Shown: piece after piece, positions 48,656 to 56,586 of the stretch
Layout of the letters: each line of letters opens with the position of its first letter
How positions within the stretch are numbered: position 1 is the stretch's first letter
Source: Ruminococcaceae bacterium UBA1730
GTDB taxonomy: Bacteria > Bacillota > Clostridia > Oscillospirales > Acutalibacteraceae
DNA length: 64,000 bases
Assembly: GCA_002315935.1 (NCBI GenBank)
Contig: DCII01000017.1
Location: 10,999-74,998 of the forward strand
Direction of reading: 5' to 3'
Position numbers and translations under genes: made by a program
The notes under the pieces: generated by a model
Seen by the model: the letters and a program-made list of their open reading frames with translations, nothing else
Database searches by the model: none
Told to the model about the DNA's origin: nothing

Positions 48656-50869
48656 ATGTCAGCAAGAAAAATCACTTATAAAATCGGAAGCTTTGAGCAG
48701 AAAACGAGAAAGGTTTTCACAACGGCAGACGGTCTGAAATCAGACAATATCACTTCAATGTGCTTCAGCAAGGACGGAACCTTGTTTGTTGCAACAGATA
48801 AGGGACTTTCTTATCTCAAGGACGGAAAATTCAATGAATTTGAAACAGGAATAAAAAATGCTTCCGTATCGTTCGTTTCCTTCTGCGAAAAAACTCTCTA
48901 CGCAGGAGTCGGCGACAGGTTAATTGCATTCAACGGCAAAAAGAAGATTCTCAACGAGAAATTTTCATCCCCGGTTGTTGATGTTAAAATTGACGGAGAC
49001 GGAAACACATTTATTCTTACTAAAACGGTTTTTTATAAAAAAAATGCAGGTGAAGAAGCTTACAGCATTAAAATGGGTGTTCCCGGTTGCGGAAGCTGCA
49101 TGACAATTTTCAGAAACAACCGTGTTTATATCGGAACGAAAAACAACGGAATTCACGCTCTTGTAGGCAAGCGTTGGCATTGGTCAAGCCTTGATGCGGA
49201 TTCAACAAATCTTCTTTCAGACAATATCAACTGCCTTTATTCCGACCCCGCCGGTAACCTGTGGATAGGAACAGACAAGGGTGTCTGCGTTTATGACGAC
49301 AACAGCTACTGGCTTGACCACGGCAAGATTGAAAACCTTCCCGATGCGGAAATAACCGGCATTGCGGTTGCCGATAACGGAGATAAATATTTTTCAACCG
49401 GCACTGGTCTTATCCATATGCACAACGGCAATCTTTCATATTACGGATATAAGAGATGGCTGCCGAGCCCGAACGCTACCGGCGTTGCAGTTTCGAATGA
49501 CGGCACAATCTGCGTTTCAACCGACAAAGGTCTGAGCCTTATTGAAACAAAAATGATGACCCTCGAAGAAAAAGCAAAATACCTTCGTGAAATAACTGAA
49601 ACATATAATGTCAGAAAAGACGGCTATGTTCTTGACAGAGAGCTTGACAATGAGGGAGTTGTTTCTCTTGACGAGGGATTTATTCCGAACACCGACAATG
49701 ACGGACACAGAACGGGCAACTATCTCGCCGACCTCGCTCTTGAATACGGCTGCACAAAGGATAAGGAAGCAAAGAAAAGAGCAAGAAGAAGTCTTCTTGC
49801 GATGATAAAGCTGACTGAAATCACGGGAATTGACGGCTTTGTTGCAAGAGCGGTCAGATACCCTGATGAAAGAGAATACGGCACGGGAGTTCGCCACGAA
49901 TGGCACTTCACCAAGGATGAAAACGGAAACGACATTGAATGGCTCGGCGAAACCTCCTCTGATGAAATAGTCGGTCATTTCTTCGGCTATGCTTATTATT
50001 ATGACCTTGTTGCCGATGAAAAGGATAAGGAGCTTATCAGAAAAACCGTTTCAAAGATTCTTGACCATATTCTTGACCACAATTTCAGACTTGTTGACAC
50101 AGATGGAATTCCCACAACCTGGGCAAACTGGAATCCCGAGCTTCTCAATAACGATAATAAATGGGCGGAGGAAAAGGGAACTAATTCGCTTCAGATGCTC
50201 ACCTATCTTACCTGCGGCTATCATATGACGAAGAACGAAAGATACAAAGAAGCTTATGATATGCTCGCAACGGATAAGCATTTTGTTATGAACCTGATGA
50301 AATACAGAATTCCCGACGGACACCTTTGCCACATTGACGATAATCATGATTTTCTTATGATTTCTCTTCTGATGAAATATACGGATGACCCTGCTCTGAA
50401 ATCAATCTACGCAATGGGACTTACCAACCATTGGAATGATGCCAAGGCAGAAAAGAATTCAATGTATAACTTCATCTACGGTGCAATGACGGGAGAATTC
50501 TTCAACGCAGATGACTGCATTGACGAGCTGACCGATTACCCGATGGATTTAGTCTGCTGGTCACTTTATAACAGCCACAGAACGGACCTTGAATGGAACA
50601 TGACGCCGTGTGAAATGGGAATGGAGCCTCAGCTTGAAACGCCGCTTTCAGCTCACGAAAGAAGAATTGTCACAAATGACCTCAACAGATTCATCTGCGA
50701 CAGCGGAGCAGAGGATGTTGCAAAGCCGATATTCCGAAAGAGCGATGACCCGACTGCTTTTAACGTTCTTCCGCCGACAGGAAACGACAAGGGAATGCTT
50801 CTTCGTACCTGCAACAATTTCACTCTCCCCTATTGGTACGGCAGATATTACGGATTAATTGAAGATTAA
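48656..50869 (+). CDS. Uncharacterised propeller plus helical-barrel protein; paralog of 18276-20387
   Basis: LFVATDKG/LWIGTDKG/VSTDKG repeats; TDNDGHRT, WLGETSSDEIVGH, HIDDN; 10 bp downstream of the GH99-like gene. Confidence 0.7.
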   Translation: MSARKITYKIGSFEQKTRKVFTTADGLKSDNITSMCFSKDGTLFVATDKGLSYLKDGKFNEFETGIKNASVSFVSFCEKTLYAGVGDRLIAFNGKKKILNEKFSSPVVDVKIDGDGNTFILTKTVFYKKNAGEEAYSIKMGVPGCGSCMTIFRNNRVYIGTKNNGIHALVGKRWHWSSLDADSTNLLSDNINCLYSDPAGNLWIGTDKGVCVYDDNSYWLDHGKIENLPDAEITGIAVADNGDKYFSTGTGLIHMHNGNLSYYGYKRWLPSPNATGVAVSNDGTICVSTDKGLSLIETKMMTLEEKAKYLREITETYNVRKDGYVLDRELDNEGVVSLDEGFIPNTDNDGHRTGNYLADLALEYGCTKDKEAKKRARRSLLAMIKLTEITGIDGFVARAVRYPDEREYGTGVRHEWHFTKDENGNDIEWLGETSSDEIVGHFFGYAYYYDLVADEKDKELIRKTVSKILDHILDHNFRLVDTDGIPTTWANWNPELLNNDNKWAEEKGTNSLQMLTYLTCGYHMTKNERYKEAYDMLATDKHFVMNLMKYRIPDGHLCHIDDNHDFLMISLLMKYTDDPALKSIYAMGLTNHWNDAKAEKNSMYNFIYGAMTGEFFNADDCIDELTDYPMDLVCWSLYNSHRTDLEWNMTPCEMGMEPQLETPLSAHERRIVTNDLNRFICDSGAEDVAKPIFRKSDDPTAFNVLPPTGNDKGMLLRTCNNFTLPYWYGRYYGLIED

Positions 50870-50874
50870 GTCAC

Positions 50875-50908
50875 AAAACGGGCTACGCTGAATGCGAAAG
50901 CCCGTTTT
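50875..50908. terminator. Bidirectional terminator-like hairpin
   Basis: aaaacgggct/agcccgtttt arms. Confidence 0.65.
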
Positions 50909-50910
50909 CT

Positions 50911-50975
50911 TAAGAAAATGCTGAATAAATGCGTCATCGCATCTTTTCGGCCTGTTTTGGCGTGAAATGCGTTGC
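50911..50975 (+). repeat. 65-bp dispersed repeat, copy A
   Basis: Reverse complement of 59990-60054 with 57/65 identity and no gaps (manual alignment). Confidence 0.85.
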
Positions 50976-51035
50976 AAAACCTTGAAATACACAAAGTATA
51001 TCTGCTGTTTTGTGCTTTTTTCACGCCGAAAACAT
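50953..51035 (+). ncRNA. Putative structured RNA / palindromic element
   Basis: Nested stems: tgttttggcgtgaaa with tttcacgccgaaaaca, gcaaaac with gttttgt, atac with gtat; family unconfirmed. Confidence 0.4.
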
Positions 51036-51073
51036 AATTGAAAATCTTGCTTGCCGATTTAATCAGTGTTTCC

Positions 51074-54000
51074 TTAGAAAAGAAATCCGAAAATAACATC
51101 GAAAATCTTTGCGAAAATATAAGCAATCTTTTCAAGGAAGGTAAGCTTGTATGTTTCGTTCTTAACCTGTCCGCAATTCTGACATACGCTTGTCTTAACA
51201 CCGTTTGTGAAGACTCCGGCTTCCTTGGTAACCTTAGCCTCGCTCCAATTATGACCTGTTGCCTCAAGAACATTCTGCTGTTCAAAAACAGTGTTGCAAT
51301 ATGCACAATGTGAGCCTTCTGAAAGTCCTGCTTCTTCGCAGGTCGGAGCAACTGCTTCATCAATAACGGTTCTGTGGTTCGTTGCAGGAATAACCTGCTG
51401 AGCTGAAAGAATCTTCTTACATACCGAGCAATGTGTACCTGCTGTCAGACCTGATGTTGTGCAGGTTGCAACTACTGCGGAATCCTCAACAACGATATGG
51501 TTCTTAACGGGAATGATTTCCTGTTCGATTTCAACATATCCGCATCTGTCGCAATGCTTGCCTTCGGTAAGACCTGTTGTTTCGCAGGAGGAAGCCTTCT
51601 CGGCATCAATCATCCAAAGATGTCCGAGAGCACTACCGTTTGCACCGACATTTGTCTTCTTTTCGTTGCCGCACTTCTTGCATATCTGCTGAGTATATGA
51701 ATCAAACAGGCAGGTTGCGGCGATTTCCTTTGAATCTGTTCCGTAGTTATGACCTTCGTGAGGAACAACGGTATCTTTATATTCGTATTTACATACCGAG
51801 CAGGTATGAATTGAATAGCCGTCTGTTGTGCAGGTTGCTTCAACAACCTTGTTAACAAGCTTGTGTCCGAGTCTGTCAACCTCATCACTCTTGTAGCCAC
51901 TGCCGCAGACCTTGCAGGTGTGCTGAACATAGCCGTCCTCGGTGCAGGTCGGAGCAATTGTTTCAAGCAGATAGTTATGAGCCTTGAGTATTACAGGTTC
52001 ATATGAATTCTTATCAACACTTCCGCAGTTTGAGCAAATCTTAGCCTGAAGACCTGTCTTCGTGCAGGTGGAATCCTTGATTATCTGTGTTTCCCACTTG
52101 TGTCCGATTGAAGGAAGATAGTTATAAGTCTTGCAGTATGTGCAGTATTCGCACGACTGCTCAGTATAACCCTGCTCTGTGCAGGTGGGAGCATAAACTG
52201 TAACTATGTAGCCATGAGTTCCCTTAGCAACCTTTGTTGCATTGATTTCCAGGCAGATGGGACACTGCTTAACGAGTGTTCCGCCGACATTACAGTCAAC
52301 ATCGGTTATAATTTTATGCTTTTCCGTGTCAACGGGGTCCTTCTCTGTGTCGGGTACGGGAGCGTAAACCGGGTTACCTGTCTTTTTGTCCTTGACGATT
52401 TCGCCATCCTTGTCTCTGACGAGAACATAACGGAGAACGGGATAATATACGCCGCCGACCTCTGTAACGGTTGTATAAACCGATTCGCCTGCAACGATTT
52501 CTTCATAATAGCTTGCAACCTGATATGAATGACCGTTTGCTGCGATAACCTCCTGATCGAGGGTCATGTGCTTGATGAGCTTAATGTCATCCTCTGTTGC
52601 GTGGCTGACTGCTTCCTTAATCCATTCATCGCCGATAGCCTTGAATGCGGCATTGATATAAGAATTGATTGATTTTACGGTGTTATCAACACTTGCATCC
52701 TTAACGATACCTGCGGTTTCGCCTTTGCCTTCAACTGCAGCCTTGATTATGTCATAGGCAAGTGTCTTGTCCGCTTCAGTCGGCCATACAATACTCTTTG
52801 TCTTGAAGTTTGCATCAAACAAAGCTTCTATTTCCGCTGCATCGGGATTCTTGAGCTGATAATAGCTGTTAAGAATTGAATCATTAATCTTTTCAACAAG
52901 AGCTTCATCAACTGTTGTCAGAATAGTCTTTGTAACGGTCTCGTCGCTTGCCTTGTCAATGGCGGCGGTAACTGCCTTGCCTGTTTCTGTTCCCGAATCC
53001 GAATGATACGGGCAGGTGGGAACAGTACACTTCTTGACCTTGAGACCTGTCTCCGTGCAAGTAGGCTCAATAACGGTTACCCATCTTGAAGCGGTGTGGC
53101 TGTTGGGAAGCTTGTCAATCTTGCGTGTAATATTCTGGCCGTCTTCATCCGTTACATCCTTGCCGCAGAAATTACACTTGAAATACATATAACCGTCGTT
53201 AACGCAGGTAGGCTCCTGAGCAACATACCATTTGCCTTCTCTCAATTCTTCCGAATGAAGAGTTTCAACCTCTGCGGTTTCCTTGACATCGTTACATCTT
53301 GAGCATCTAAGCTCCTTGATTCCCTTTGCCGTGCAGGTGGGATCCTTTGTTATTACCCATACCGAATAATCGTGATTGAGAGCGGGATCCTTAACATACT
53401 CGCAGATTTCCTTACATCTTGAGCAACGGTAGCCGTGTCCGCCGGACTCGGTGCAGGTTGCAGGATTGTTGAACGGAATTGTTGCATCATGGTCAAGAGG
53501 ATCTGTATAATCCTTGACTACATTATATCTACAATATTTACAAGTAACAGTTGTGTAACCTTTCTGTGTGCAGGTCGGGTCAGTAACTTGATAAAGGTAG
53601 CTGTGGTCTGTGATTTCCTTCTGTTCAGTATAATCGCAATACTTACAGGTATATTTAACCTTACCGGATTTGGAGCAATCCTCAATCTTGTTCTCCTCAA
53701 GAAGCTCAAGCTCATGCAAGCCTGTTGCAACTATTTCAGCTGTGTCATCTGCCTTCCATGCTCCGCAGATTATGCACTGATAAGCTTTAACGCCTTTATC
53801 CTTACAGGTAGGTTCAATCTGAACAAGACGGTCTGATGACCATATATGCTTTGTGTTATCGTTCAGAGTTGCCGAACCGAGCTTGATAAGCGAATGGCAG
53901 ACCTTACAATATGTGTCACCTGAATAACCGTTGTTTTTGCAATCGGGAGCAACGGAGTTCTTGACTTCGCCCGTTGAATGAGTATGAGTAACTATACGGA

Positions 54001-54478
54001 TGCCTTCGCCCTGATATTCAAAATTCCACTTGTCTATCGGAGCACCGAAATAAATTGTTTCAAGTGAATTGAAGTTTTCGAAGGCATCGGTTTTGATTTC
54101 GTTAACGCAACCGGGAACATAGATGGTCTTAACCTTATATTCTCCGCTGCCGATTCCGTCAAACGCAAGTGAACCGATGGACTTAACACCCGGCTCTGAA
54201 GGATTTTCGCCCTCATCTGCAAGAGAAACCAACTTAATCTGGCCGATATAATCCTTCCACGGTGCCTGATTTTCCTTTGAAAAACTGGGAATATCACCAT
54301 AGATAACGAGCTCGCCGTCATCATAGAAGGTCCAGTATGAACCCGACTTAACAACGGTTCTGCCCGCAGCACTTGATGTGACCGTGAAGCCGACATTTCC
54401 GAACAATCCTGCAAATGAACCGAATGTCATAACAATTGCAAGAACAACGGAAAGCACTGCCTTAAAAGTTTTTTTCAT
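51074..54478 (-). CDS. Large secreted protein: signal peptide, short BspA/LRR_5-like segment, about 17 His/Cys-rich repeats, hydrophobic C-terminal tail
   Basis: MKKTFKAVLSVVLAIVMTF signal; VKSIGSLAF..VNEIKTDAFENF LRR; repeats of H..(P/A)TC-x9-10-C-x2-C; start at 54478. Confidence 0.8.
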   Translation of the reverse strand: MKKTFKAVLSVVLAIVMTFGSFAGLFGNVGFTVTSSAAGRTVVKSGSYWTFYDDGELVIYGDIPSFSKENQAPWKDYIGQIKLVSLADEGENPSEPGVKSIGSLAFDGIGSGEYKVKTIYVPGCVNEIKTDAFENFNSLETIYFGAPIDKWNFEYQGEGIRIVTHTHSTGEVKNSVAPDCKNNGYSGDTYCKVCHSLIKLGSATLNDNTKHIWSSDRLVQIEPTCKDKGVKAYQCIICGAWKADDTAEIVATGLHELELLEENKIEDCSKSGKVKYTCKYCDYTEQKEITDHSYLYQVTDPTCTQKGYTTVTCKYCRYNVVKDYTDPLDHDATIPFNNPATCTESGGHGYRCSRCKEICEYVKDPALNHDYSVWVITKDPTCTAKGIKELRCSRCNDVKETAEVETLHSEELREGKWYVAQEPTCVNDGYMYFKCNFCGKDVTDEDGQNITRKIDKLPNSHTASRWVTVIEPTCTETGLKVKKCTVPTCPYHSDSGTETGKAVTAAIDKASDETVTKTILTTVDEALVEKINDSILNSYYQLKNPDAAEIEALFDANFKTKSIVWPTEADKTLAYDIIKAAVEGKGETAGIVKDASVDNTVKSINSYINAAFKAIGDEWIKEAVSHATEDDIKLIKHMTLDQEVIAANGHSYQVASYYEEIVAGESVYTTVTEVGGVYYPVLRYVLVRDKDGEIVKDKKTGNPVYAPVPDTEKDPVDTEKHKIITDVDCNVGGTLVKQCPICLEINATKVAKGTHGYIVTVYAPTCTEQGYTEQSCEYCTYCKTYNYLPSIGHKWETQIIKDSTCTKTGLQAKICSNCGSVDKNSYEPVILKAHNYLLETIAPTCTEDGYVQHTCKVCGSGYKSDEVDRLGHKLVNKVVEATCTTDGYSIHTCSVCKYEYKDTVVPHEGHNYGTDSKEIAATCLFDSYTQQICKKCGNEKKTNVGANGSALGHLWMIDAEKASSCETTGLTEGKHCDRCGYVEIEQEIIPVKNHIVVEDSAVVATCTTSGLTAGTHCSVCKKILSAQQVIPATNHRTVIDEAVAPTCEEAGLSEGSHCAYCNTVFEQQNVLEATGHNWSEAKVTKEAGVFTNGVKTSVCQNCGQVKNETYKLTFLEKIAYIFAKIFDVIFGFLF

Positions 54479-55085
54479 TTGTCTAAACCCCTTTCGTTTT
54501 ATCCGCATATTCATAAAAAAGCGTAAATATGCGATGACCCGTTTTAGCGTGCAACCATAATATTACTTTATGAAATAATTGTCAAGCATTTTGAATCAGC
54601 CGAAAACGCTTCAATTTCAGCAAAATCGCAAAAAATTCTTTTGATTTGTAAAGCATTTTCGCTTTACAATCATTTATTCCGGTTTTTTTCAGAAAATAGT
54701 TATATGGATAATTTTTCCGTTTTTTTGTAATCCGATACTATATGTGGTGCATATTTTTTTATTGAAAAAAAGACTGATTTTTTCATTGCAATTCCTGATG
54801 TAAATATTTTTTCGTTATTTTCAACAAAAAACTTTTGAATTTTTCTACACCTGCAAAATTTCAAAACCAATCATATTCGCCACTTTGTGTTCAGTTTTTT
54901 AAGTGTCACTCATTACAATAAGCAAGCGGGCAACACCTGTTACCCACTCCTAAGCTTATCCTCTATATAATAAAGGAAGTATTATAAACATTATGAACAA
55001 CAGAAATTAAGAAATCGGGCTGTAAGCTAAAAAACAGCGGTGCTCATTTCTGAACACCGCCTGAATTAAACTTAGGAAACCACTC

Positions 55086-56456
55086 TTATTTGAGAGCATC
55101 AATAATCATTTTGAAGAGAACAACAATACGCAGAGAACCGAGCTTCCATTTGATGTTTTCGATTTTTGCTTCTTTGGAATTATCAACAACATATGTTTTC
55201 GGAGCCGTACCGTCATCAATTACGAATGCCTGTGTGCAGTTGATTCCGCCGTCACCGATAAGCTGGCTTCTGATATAGAGGAAATCCTCTGAACCTTCGA
55301 TCTCGTCAAGGTCAAGAGTATATTCATATTCGTTATCGCTCTGTGCAATATTCTGGCTTGCGATAACATTTCCGTTTGCAACCCACTGAATATTTGTGCA
55401 GTTCTTCGCCTTGATTGTTACCTTGTGACCGTCAACCTTAATATCGGTATAGGTCGGAACGGGAGTCGGGTCGTCAATATAGCGAATGTCCTTTTCCGGA
55501 CCTAACTTTTCATTTGCACGAAGGCAACGGGTGATGCAGAAGAATGCACCGTTCATCATTGTTTCCTTGATGCTTTCAACGGTGTTTTCCTTCATCATAA
55601 ATATGCTGTAACTTGCATCAATATGCTCATGCCAATGGGAATCACCATTTGAATATGCAATAACATTCTTGCCGTATGGAAGGCACTCCATAAGCACATT
55701 ATCCCAGAGAATTCTGTCATATCCTGTCGGGCCGTTACGCTCGTTGAAGATTTCCATTCCGTAGCAGGATTTATACTTGAGAAGAATATTTGAAAAATAG
55801 TGAACCGATTCCGGGTCATTGACTATATCGGGATTTGAATTGGAATTCAGCCAGTCACCGGGATGATTGATGAATGAAATTCCGCCTGCTTCCTCGGTCA
55901 GCTTAACTGCTCCCTCGTGGTCATTTTCGTAGCCAAGGTAATTATCGCCGACACCTTCGGGAAGAAACATTCCGTTTACATGGCATTTTGTGAAGGTAAG
56001 ACCGTTAAGCTCGTTACCGCCGGTGACGCAGGTCATTCCGTAGCCTCTGGGCTGTCCGTTTACGGGCCATGTTCCGGTTGTTACACCTTTAAATTCTTCA
56101 TCGGTAAGCTTTTTGGGCTTAAGACCGATAATCCATTGATAAAGATAAAGCGGAAGCTGAGTAGGAGTTTCGTTCCATGCCTTACCTGTTACGGCGTGTT
56201 CGGTCATTGCAAGAAAATCAAAGCCCTGTTCATAGTAATCCATAACCATATCATTCAGGTTTGTGCTTGCATCGCTGATTGACGAATGGGTATGAAGGTT
56301 GCCCTTGTATGCCTTCCAGGCATTGTCGCCTGTCCAGACAACATCGGCGTAGGGATTGACAATTGTGTATTCCTTTTCAGCCGCAAACGCCTGCAACGGC
56401 ACAAGCATCATTGCAACGAGTGCGAGAGAAAGAACACGGATAAGTTTTTTCTTCAT
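55086..56456 (-). CDS. Secreted PHP-domain metallohydrolase
   Basis: Signal peptide ending AFA|A; GNLHTHS, AMTEH, GNE, CHVN, INHPG, NGDSH. Confidence 0.8.
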   Translation of the reverse strand: MKKKLIRVLSLALVAMMLVPLQAFAAEKEYTIVNPYADVVWTGDNAWKAYKGNLHTHSSISDASTNLNDMVMDYYEQGFDFLAMTEHAVTGKAWNETPTQLPLYLYQWIIGLKPKKLTDEEFKGVTTGTWPVNGQPRGYGMTCVTGGNELNGLTFTKCHVNGMFLPEGVGDNYLGYENDHEGAVKLTEEAGGISFINHPGDWLNSNSNPDIVNDPESVHYFSNILLKYKSCYGMEIFNERNGPTGYDRILWDNVLMECLPYGKNVIAYSNGDSHWHEHIDASYSIFMMKENTVESIKETMMNGAFFCITRCLRANEKLGPEKDIRYIDDPTPVPTYTDIKVDGHKVTIKAKNCTNIQWVANGNVIASQNIAQSDNEYEYTLDLDEIEGSEDFLYIRSQLIGDGGINCTQAFVIDDGTAPKTYVVDNSKEAKIENIKWKLGSLRIVVLFKMIIDALK

Positions 56457-56538
56457 CTTTTTATCTCCTAACCTTTTTTCTTCATATTATCACAAACCTT
56501 GATGCAAGTCAACGAAATAAATATTTATAAATCAGAAC

Positions 56539-56575
56539 AACGGCACCGATTGAAAAACTCAACCGATGCCGTTTT
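56539..56575 (-). terminator. Imperfect hairpin after the S8 protease gene
   Basis: aacggcaccgattg/caaccgatgccgtt arms. Confidence 0.5.
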
Positions 56576-56586
56576 GAGATTATTTA

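Noticed and set aside
53880-53920. CKVCH heme-c motif in the Cys-repeat protein
   Set aside because: A single chance CxxCH among about 17 CxxC repeats that lack the His; no cytochrome c maturation genes in the window
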